Assembly: GCA_943371935.1 (NCBI GenBank)
Contig: CALRWS020000012.1
Location: 40,464-104,463, forward strand
Direction: 5' to 3'
From: Chitinophaga pinensis
GTDB lineage: Bacteria; Pseudomonadota; Gammaproteobacteria; Xanthomonadales; Xanthomonadaceae
Length of the DNA: 64,000 bases
Positions 57,111-64,000 of this stretch are shown piece by piece. Every line of letters begins with the position of its first letter. The first letter of the stretch is position 1. The notes beneath the pieces were generated by a model. It worked only from the letters and a program-made list of their open reading frames with translations. It was not told the DNA's origin and made no database searches. The position numbers and the translations under genes are program-made.

Positions 57111-57866
57111 ATGCGCCTCGCCCTGCTCGCAGATCTGCACGCCAACCGCGAGGCGGTCGACGCCTGCCTCGCGAAACTGCGCAGGCTCGGCTTCGATCGT
57201 GCGGTGATCCTGGGCGATATCGTCGGCTACGGCGCCGATCCGGAATGGACCGTGGACACGGTGCGGGCGCTGGTCGCCGATGGTGCGATGGCGCTCTACG
57301 GTAATCACGACGAAGCCGCGCTGCGCGACGCGCAGGACGATGCTGCCAGCACGAAACACCCGCATGCGCAGGCGGCGATCGACTGGACCCGCCACCGTCT
57401 GGACGCGGACCAGCGCGCGTTCCTCGCCGCGCTGCCGCTGAGCATCGACGACGAGGACCGGCTGTACGTCCACGCCAACGCCTGGGCGCCCGGGGAATGG
57501 AGCTATATCTCGAACCCGCTGGCCGCGGCGAAAAGCATCGCCGCGACGCGACAGCGCATCACCTTCTGCGGACACGTGCACGATCCCGCGCTGTATTACT
57601 CGCACCCCGAAGGCGGCGCGCGCCATTTCGCGCCGTCGCCGGGCGTGGCAATGCCGCTGATCGATACACGCCGCTGGCTGGCCCTACCCGGCTCGGTGGG
57701 ACAACCGCGCGACGGCAATCCCGCCGCCTGCTGCGCGCTGTTCGATACCGCGACCAACACGCTCACCACCCTGCGCGTGGCCTACGACCATCACACCGCC
57801 GCGCGCAAGATCGTGGCTGCCGGATTGCCGGACATGCTCGCGAAACGCCTGGTGGAGGGCTGCTGA
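57111..57866 (+). CDS. Calcineurin-like metallophosphoesterase
   Basis: DLH, GDIVGYG, GNHD, GHVH, PGSVGQPRDG. Confidence 0.92.
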   Translation: MRLALLADLHANREAVDACLAKLRRLGFDRAVILGDIVGYGADPEWTVDTVRALVADGAMALYGNHDEAALRDAQDDAASTKHPHAQAAIDWTRHRLDADQRAFLAALPLSIDDEDRLYVHANAWAPGEWSYISNPLAAAKSIAATRQRITFCGHVHDPALYYSHPEGGARHFAPSPGVAMPLIDTRRWLALPGSVGQPRDGNPAACCALFDTATNTLTTLRVAYDHHTAARKIVAAGLPDMLAKRLVEGC

Positions 57867-57867
57867 C

Positions 57868-59319
57868 ATGCCGGTGGCGCTGAAACCCGGTCTGATCATC
57901 GATGGTTTCGAACTGATCGCGCCGCTGCACGAGGGCGGCATGGCCACGCTGTGGCGGGTCCGCCATCCCGATCACGCGATGCCGCTGCTGATGAAGCTCG
58001 CGCGCATCGGCTACGGCGAGGCCGCCACCCAGATCGTCGGTTTCGAAGTCGAACGGATGATCCTGCCGCAGCTGAGCGGCCCGTACGTGCCGCGCTACGT
58101 GGCCGCCGGCGATCATCACGACCAGCCCTGGCTGGTGATGGAGCATCTGCAGGGCGAAACGCTGCGTCCCCTGCTGGACGCCGCGCCGCTGCCGCCGCAG
58201 CGGGTGGCCGAACTCGGCGCGCTGGCGGCGATCGCGATCCATGCCCTGCACCAGCAGGACGTGACCCATCTCGATATCAAACCGAGCAATCTGCTGCTGC
58301 GCTCGAACGGATCGTCCGAGAACGGCACGGCTCGGACAGAGATGATCGCGCTGATCGATTTCGGGCTGTCGCATCATTCGCACCTGCCGGATCTGCTCAG
58401 CGAACAGTTCCGCGTCCCGATCGGCACGGCGCCGTACATCGCGCCCGAACAGGTGCTGGGCCAGCGCGACGACCCGCGCAGCGATCTGTTCGCGCTGGGC
58501 GTGACGCTCTATCACCTCGCGACCGGCGAGCGCCCGTTCGGCAACCCCACCAGCCCCGCGGGGCTGCGGCGCCGGCTGTATCGCGACCCGGTGCCGCCGC
58601 GCGCGCTGCGCCCGGACATTCCACGCTGGCTGCAGGAGCTGATCCTGCGCTGCCTCGAAGTGGATCCGGATGCGCGCCATGCCACCGCCGCGCAACTCGC
58701 GCACGATCTGCAGCATCCTGAACAGGTCGTCTTGACCGAACGCGCCGACCGCAGCCATCGCGATGGCCGGCTGACCGTGATCCGCCGCTGGTGGCGCAAT
58801 GTCGGCCGCGACCGCGACCCGCGCAAGGCGGTCGGCGAACATCTCGACCAGGCACCGCTGCTGATGGTCGCGATCGACCTCAAACACGAGGATGCAGCGC
58901 TCTGTGCCGCGCTGCGCGGCAACCTGCAGCGCATCGTGTCGACCTTCCCGCATTCGCGTCTGGCCTGCGTCACCGTGATGCGCATCGCGCGCATCGGCCT
59001 GGATAGCAATCTCGATGTCGAAGGCCGCAACCGCCACGTCAAACGCCTGATCGCCCTGCGCGACTGGGTCCGTCCGCTGGCGCTGGACGAGCATCGCGTC
59101 ACCGTGCATGTGCTGGAACACAGCGACCCCGCGCACGCGCTGCTCGACTACGCGCGCGACAACGGCGTCGATCACCTCATCATGGGCGCCCGCGGCGTCA
59201 CCGGCGTGCGCCGGATCCTCGGCAGCGTCTCAGCGCGGGTGGTCGCGGAAGCGCCGTGCACGGTCACGGTGGTGCGGGCGCCGACCACCCACGCAGCCGG
59301 ATCGGAAGAAGCGTCGTAA
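57868..59319 (+). CDS. Ser/Thr protein kinase-universal stress protein fusion
   Basis: EGGMA, HLDIKPSN, DFG, GTAPYIAPEQ, SDLFALG; C-terminal USP (MVAID...DHLIMGARG...LGSVSARV..EAPCTVTVV). Confidence 0.92.
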   Translation: MPVALKPGLIIDGFELIAPLHEGGMATLWRVRHPDHAMPLLMKLARIGYGEAATQIVGFEVERMILPQLSGPYVPRYVAAGDHHDQPWLVMEHLQGETLRPLLDAAPLPPQRVAELGALAAIAIHALHQQDVTHLDIKPSNLLLRSNGSSENGTARTEMIALIDFGLSHHSHLPDLLSEQFRVPIGTAPYIAPEQVLGQRDDPRSDLFALGVTLYHLATGERPFGNPTSPAGLRRRLYRDPVPPRALRPDIPRWLQELILRCLEVDPDARHATAAQLAHDLQHPEQVVLTERADRSHRDGRLTVIRRWWRNVGRDRDPRKAVGEHLDQAPLLMVAIDLKHEDAALCAALRGNLQRIVSTFPHSRLACVTVMRIARIGLDSNLDVEGRNRHVKRLIALRDWVRPLALDEHRVTVHVLEHSDPAHALLDYARDNGVDHLIMGARGVTGVRRILGSVSARVVAEAPCTVTVVRAPTTHAAGSEEAS

Positions 59320-59403
59320 GGCGGAACCGCCGCAGGCGATTCCGCCATTGGACCGATCATCGCGACGGAGCGCGGCGGAAGGATTCCGCGCACCCGGCAA
59401 GCC

Positions 59404-60384
59404 TTACGCATTTACCGCCTTGCGACGACGCAGGAACCGGATCAGCCGCTTCAACACCCAGATCGCCAGCGCCAGCGCCAGCAGCACCGGCAGCAGACCG
59501 GCCACGACGCGGATCACGCCCGCAGTGCTGGAGGCCATCACCCGGCCGGTGTCGCCGAACGCGATCGCGACTTCGCTGCGACCTTCCTCACCGACGTGCG
59601 GCGAAAACTCGATGGTCAGCAGTTGGGTCTCGATCCGGCGCTTGTGGATCGCGCCCTCGCGCTCGGCCGCTTCAAGTTCCGCCTCGACCTTCGACAACTG
59701 CTCCGACAGTGCGATGACATCGGCGACCTTCAGATCGCTGCGCCCCTGGAATTCCAGCAGCCGCGCATGCTGTTTGCTCAAGCGGCTGCGCAGCAGGGTG
59801 TTGTCGCGCACCGCCACCGCGAGATCTTCGGCGCGCGTGCTGCGATCGCCGATATCGCCGCCCGCGCCCGCGGCCGCGATCAGCGGCTCGATCGCCTTCG
59901 GTTCGGCGCGCACGCTCAGCGATGCGCGCGGATAGCGTCCGCCGCTCTGGCTCACGCCGAGGATCAGACAGGCACCGAATTTGCCGGTTTCGCAGGCCTG
60001 CTTCGCCGCCTTCACTTTCGCCGCGAGCTTGTCCGCATCGAGGCGGATTTCGACCTCGTGCTCGTAGGCGAGCATGGCCTGCTCGCCGTTGGTCGGCCGT
60101 CGTTTCCCGGGAAGAGGGGCTGCACGGCTGTAGTTCGCTTCCGGCAGGTCCACCAGCATCTCACTCACCAAATGGTCGACGCCCATCTGGCGCAGCGCGG
60201 CGGCATTGCCGCCTTGGGCAGCACCGCCAGCCGAATCTGCCGCAGCCATCGCTGCGTCCGCTGCAGCACTTGCGGCATCAGCTGCGGCCGCGGCGTCGTA
60301 TGCCGCGTAGGAAGCCTTGTCGGAACTGCAACCGGCCGCCAGCGCGGCCACGACGATCAGGATCAGACATGGAATGCGGCGCAT
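59404..60384 (-). CDS. DUF4349 lipoprotein
   Basis: Lipobox AAGC, AYEHEV, coiled coil with EDL...LSKVEAELE, C-terminal TM. Confidence 0.8.
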   Translation of the reverse strand: MRRIPCLILIVVAALAAGCSSDKASYAAYDAAAAADAASAAADAAMAAADSAGGAAQGGNAAALRQMGVDHLVSEMLVDLPEANYSRAAPLPGKRRPTNGEQAMLAYEHEVEIRLDADKLAAKVKAAKQACETGKFGACLILGVSQSGGRYPRASLSVRAEPKAIEPLIAAAGAGGDIGDRSTRAEDLAVAVRDNTLLRSRLSKQHARLLEFQGRSDLKVADVIALSEQLSKVEAELEAAEREGAIHKRRIETQLLTIEFSPHVGEEGRSEVAIAFGDTGRVMASSTAGVIRVVAGLLPVLLALALAIWVLKRLIRFLRRRKAVNA

Positions 60385-60461
60385 GACGTTTTCCCCCTTC
60401 AGGATCGGGCCAAGCTAACCGCGCCACCGCGCGTGCGCAAGCCGATCCGGCGGGCGTCGCC

Positions 60462-60493
60462 AAAAAATCAGGCCGCCCGAAGGCGGCCTGATT
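60462..60493 (-). terminator. Intrinsic terminator with cUUCGg loop after the TonB receptor
   Basis: Minus strand aatcaggccgcc-TTCG-ggcggcctgatt followed by a T-run. Confidence 0.85.
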
Positions 60494-60521
60494 GGGCTTA
60501 CTGGTGAGACCTCGCGTCCGG

Positions 60522-62933
60522 TCAGAACTCCTGACTGAACTTGATGCCGAAGGTCCGCGGCTGAGCGGCGACGGAGTACACCTGTGCCGCGCAGACCTGT
60601 TCCGGGCACTGCACGTTGCGGCCGAATTGCGCGTTCTCGTCGAGTAGATTCTTGATGTAGAAATCCACCGACCAGTTGTTCTTGCGCGCGCCGATCGCGA
60701 AATCGACCAGGCTGTAGGACGGCAGATCGCCGAGGATGTTGCGCTCGGTAATGCGCAGATCGGACGTGCGGCGGCCTTCATGCACCACCGAACTCTGCCA
60801 GTAGGCTTCGTAATCGGCGATGTCGAAGGTGTAGCGTGCGGTCAGGTTGCCCTTGTAGTCCGCGGTGACCGGCAGACGTGTGCCTTTCGGCGCCAGCAGA
60901 TTGGGGCCGCTGAAGTAATCTTCGGTCAGTTCGGCGTCGAAGAAACCCACCCCTGCCGACAAGCGCAGATTGTAGGTCGCCGCCCAGTTCACATCCATTT
61001 CCAGGCCCTGGATGCGTGCCTGGTTGGCGTTGCGGATTTCGGTCAGACCGTTCTGCCCCAGTACCGGGAACTGGAAGTCGTCCCAGATCTGGCGGAATGC
61101 CGCGCCGTTGAAGGTGAGGCGATTATCGAGCCAGGAGGTTTTCCAGCCGATTTCGTAATTGGTGAGGAATTCGGTGAGGTACGGCGGCAGGGTTCCGCGA
61201 CGATTGATGCCGCCCGGGCGATAACCTTCCGACCAGGTGAGATACATCAACTTGTTCGGCGCGAACTTGTACGACAGATTCGCCTTGCCCAGCGTGTCCT
61301 TTTCCTGCACGTCCTTGTCGAACACCTTGCAGGGCGCGCCGTTGAATGACGGCCAGTTCGCCGGATCCGGACCGAACTGCACGATGCACGCGGCTTCGCC
61401 GTAGCGATTCTGCGGCAACTGACTGCCCTGCGACGAATAGCCGTTGGCGAAGCCGAAGAAACCCGCCAGCGCATTGTCGGCGCGGAAATGGCGGAAACCG
61501 ACGGTGCCGGTGAGCTTGTCGGTGAAATCGAACGACAGTTCGCCGAAGATCGCTTCGTCGTGATCCTTGCGCTCCTGCTGGGTCAACCAGATCGTGTCTT
61601 CCCAGCCGCGCACGGACAGGCTGGACGCCAGATTGTCGATGCGATAGCGCTGTTCGATATCGTGCGACTGATCCATCCAGAACAGACCACCGACGAAACG
61701 CAAGCGGTTTTCCTGCGACGAAGCGATGCGCAGTTCGTGGCTGGTCTTCTTGTAGCCGTCCTGCGCCTGGATGTACTGCGCCGGGTTCACCAGATCGCCG
61801 TTGTCGTCATAGAAATAGGCGCCGTAGCCGAACAGCGTGTCGTACCAGAAGCCGTAATCGCTGTAGTCGGTGTCGGTGTCGACGTCGCGCTTGAGATGGG
61901 CGAACGCGTAGGTCAGATCGAAGTTGCCGATCTTGCCCTGCACGGTCAGCGCGGCCTGCGCCCAGCGGTCTTCGCCGCGCTCGGGGTAGGCGTGGCTGAT
62001 CTTGTCTTCGCCGATGGTGTCGTCGTACGCGAAGTTGCCGTTGACGCGCTGGCGCTGGCCCATGATCGTCGGCGTGATCGTCCAGTTGTCGTTGAGATCG
62101 ATCTTCAGCGCGAGGCGCGCGCCGACGGTGTCGACGTCGTTGTAGTTGTCTTCGACGCGATCGGCATTGTTCTGGGTGATGCCGGAGGTCGGATAGGTCC
62201 GCTCGCCGTAGACGTTGTCGATCCAGCCGGCGTCCTTCTTCTGCCAGCCGACCAGACGGATGGCGGTGTTGTCGGAAATCGGGATGTTGACGAAGCCTTC
62301 GGCGACGTGACCCATGCCGCCGCCATCGATGGCGTTGACTTCAAAGCCGTAGCCGGCGGCGAAACCGGCGGTATCGGGCTTGCGGGTGATCAGGCGCAGG
62401 GTGCCGGCTTCGGAACTGGCGCCGTACAGCGTGCCCTGCGGGCCGGACAGCGCTTCGATGCGTTCGATGTCGTAGACGTGCAGATCCAGCGCGCCCTGGA
62501 TGGTGGTGATCGGCTGCTCGTCGAGATAGATGCCCACGCTCGGCAGCGGACCGGAGTGGTTGCCGTCGCCGCCGCTGGCGACGCCGCGCATGTAGACCTG
62601 GCCGAAGCCCGGGCCGTTGGGCGTGATCGACACGCTGGGCAGCAGCTTGGCGAAATCCTCGAAATCGTTGACCTGCAGCTCGTCGAGCTGCTGCGCGCCG
62701 ATGACGTTGAGGCTGATCGGCACGTCCTGCGCGTTCTCGGTGCGCTTCTGCGAAGTGACGGTGATCGTTTCCAGCGACGGCGTGGTGTCTTCGGCGTCCT
62801 GTGCGATTGCGGCACCGGCAAACGCCATGCTGCCGAACGCGACATAGATCGCGGCGGTCAGCGGTAGCCTCGCCAGCCCGGGCGTTCGGCGGATCGCGGT
62901 GTTTCGGGTCCCTACTCGGTGTGTCTGGTGCAT
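60522..62933 (-). CDS. TonB-dependent receptor
   Basis: TonB box LETITVTSQKR, plug (VYMRG, YLDEQP, IEALSGPQGTLYG), barrel ending in Phe; start uncertain. Confidence 0.93.
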   Translation of the reverse strand: MHQTHRVGTRNTAIRRTPGLARLPLTAAIYVAFGSMAFAGAAIAQDAEDTTPSLETITVTSQKRTENAQDVPISLNVIGAQQLDELQVNDFEDFAKLLPSVSITPNGPGFGQVYMRGVASGGDGNHSGPLPSVGIYLDEQPITTIQGALDLHVYDIERIEALSGPQGTLYGASSEAGTLRLITRKPDTAGFAAGYGFEVNAIDGGGMGHVAEGFVNIPISDNTAIRLVGWQKKDAGWIDNVYGERTYPTSGITQNNADRVEDNYNDVDTVGARLALKIDLNDNWTITPTIMGQRQRVNGNFAYDDTIGEDKISHAYPERGEDRWAQAALTVQGKIGNFDLTYAFAHLKRDVDTDTDYSDYGFWYDTLFGYGAYFYDDNGDLVNPAQYIQAQDGYKKTSHELRIASSQENRLRFVGGLFWMDQSHDIEQRYRIDNLASSLSVRGWEDTIWLTQQERKDHDEAIFGELSFDFTDKLTGTVGFRHFRADNALAGFFGFANGYSSQGSQLPQNRYGEAACIVQFGPDPANWPSFNGAPCKVFDKDVQEKDTLGKANLSYKFAPNKLMYLTWSEGYRPGGINRRGTLPPYLTEFLTNYEIGWKTSWLDNRLTFNGAAFRQIWDDFQFPVLGQNGLTEIRNANQARIQGLEMDVNWAATYNLRLSAGVGFFDAELTEDYFSGPNLLAPKGTRLPVTADYKGNLTARYTFDIADYEAYWQSSVVHEGRRTSDLRITERNILGDLPSYSLVDFAIGARKNNWSVDFYIKNLLDENAQFGRNVQCPEQVCAAQVYSVAAQPRTFGIKFSQEF

Positions 62934-62986
62934 GACTCTCTCCCCAGGTCGTGGTGTATCGGTGCGGTTGATGACTACGTGCGGAT

Positions 62987-63031
62987 CGAACAGGATTGGA
63001 ACGAACAAGGTTGAAACGAACGCTTTGGAAT
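62987..63031. repeat. Degenerate 15-bp direct repeat x3 upstream of the TonB receptor
   Basis: cgaacaggattggaa / cgaacaaggttgaaa / cgaacgctttggaat; CGAAC at 62987, 63002 and 63017. Confidence 0.7.
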
Positions 63032-63041
63032 CTTGATCCCG

Positions 63042-64000
63042 TCATACGCCGGAGCGGAATACGGGCACCGCGGGATACACGTCCAGCACTGCCCCCAGTG
63101 CGGATTTGAGCGGATCGAGCCACGGCTCGTAATGACGCCACTGGTCGATTCCGTCGCGATTGATCGGGCGGCGCACCTGTTCGGAACTGGCGGTGCGCAC
63201 CGGCCGATCGTTCTCGAAGAAGCGCAGGCAGCCGTCCTCGAACGGCAGTCCGCAGTAGTCCAGCAGGCGGCGGACTTCGGTTTCGGTGTCGTCGACCATG
63301 CGCTCGTAGACGACGCGATGGACGCGGCCGGGCAAGGCCTCGTCGAAGTGCGCCATCAACTCGACGTAGTCGCGGTAGTAACGGCCGAGATCGTCTAGGC
63401 TGTAGCTGAAATTCTGGCCGCGCGCGAAATGCTGCTTGAAGCCCGAAAAACAGCAGGCCAGCGGATGCCGGCGCGCATCGACGATCTTCGCGTTGGGCAA
63501 CATCAGCTGGATCAGCCCGAGGTGCAGGAAATTGTTCGGCATCTTGTCGATGAACAGCGGTGCGCCGGTCTTGCGCTGCACGCGGGTGCGGTCGAGGTAC
63601 TGCCGGCCGAGTTCGGCGAAGATCTCCGCCGGCAGCGCGGCCAGCACGTCGTGATAGCTGGTGGAGGCCTCGGCGCCGCGACGCAGCGCGCGGGTCATGG
63701 CGATGATCTCCGGCAATTCCATCGTGCCTTCCACCGCGGAATGGCTGGAGAGGATCTGTTCGAGCAACGTCGAACCCGAACGCGGCAGGCCGACGATGAA
63801 GATCGGATCAGGCGCAGCATCACCGCAGCCGGCGCGTTCGGCAAAGAAGTCGCGAGTGTAGAGCTGCTTCGCTTTCGCGACCCGCGCGCTGGTGTCGCCG
63901 GCGCGGTAGGGCATGGTCTTCAGGCGCAGCGCATTGCCAGCGGCGTAGTGCGCGAACGAATCGGCGTATTCGGCGCGATCCTCCAGCGCCTTGCCCAGCG
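63042..64000 (-). CDS. Sulfotransferase (probably TPR-fused), 5' part outside the window
   Basis: PAPS motif IFIVGLPRSGSTLLEQIL, FIDKMP.NF, RHPLACCFS, VRTASSEQVR; upstream ALGKALED looks TPR-like. Confidence 0.9.
   Translation of the reverse strand, partial: LGKALEDRAEYADSFAHYAAGNALRLKTMPYRAGDTSARVAKAKQLYTRDFFAERAGCGDAAPDPIFIVGLPRSGSTLLEQILSSHSAVEGTMELPEIIAMTRALRRGAEASTSYHDVLAALPAEIFAELGRQYLDRTRVQRKTGAPLFIDKMPNNFLHLGLIQLMLPNAKIVDARRHPLACCFSGFKQHFARGQNFSYSLDDLGRYYRDYVELMAHFDEALPGRVHRVVYERMVDDTETEVRRLLDYCGLPFEDGCLRFFENDRPVRTASSEQVRRPINRDGIDQWRHYEPWLDPLKSALGAVLDVYPAVPVFRSGV

Noticed and set aside
62987-63031. PIP box (TTCG repeats on the minus strand)
   Set aside because: Period is 15 nt; TTCGB-N15-TTCGB needs 20

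Overview
This is a GC-rich chromosomal window from a gammaproteobacterium. Gene order and protein style point to Xanthomonadales/Lysobacteraceae (inference). Most of it is a core backbone: rpoE-rseA-degP-lepA-lepB-DUF4845-rnc-era; rlmE-ftsH-folP; miaA-hfq-hflX-hflK-hflC-purA; pyrG-kdsA-eno-ftsB-ispD-ispF-truD; surE-pcm-nlpD; parE. Accessory inserts are interleaved. The most notable is a compact, apparently co-transcribed cluster at 44.4-48.9 kb behind a good sigma54 (-24/-12) motif. It encodes two Roadblock/LC7 proteins, a REC-like/PATAN-like/wHTH protein, a small MglA-type GTPase with altered G3, an unrecognised 315-aa protein and an HDAC-family deacetylase, and is my best candidate for an undescribed signalling system. 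Other accessory items are a metallophosphoesterase paired with a Ser/Thr kinase-USP fusion; a TIMP-like secreted protein wedged between kdsA and eno; a lipase-XVIPCD T4SS effector with its immunity gene; an AbrB-Doc toxin-antitoxin pair next to a J-domain protein; an orphan alkB; and a TonB receptor with a sulfotransferase. Several GTAG-type REP doublets are present, one read in-frame as the C-terminal tail of pyrG. I saw no rRNA, tRNA, CRISPR array, integrase or transposase. All calls come from motif reading and recalled family knowledge; no database searches were run.
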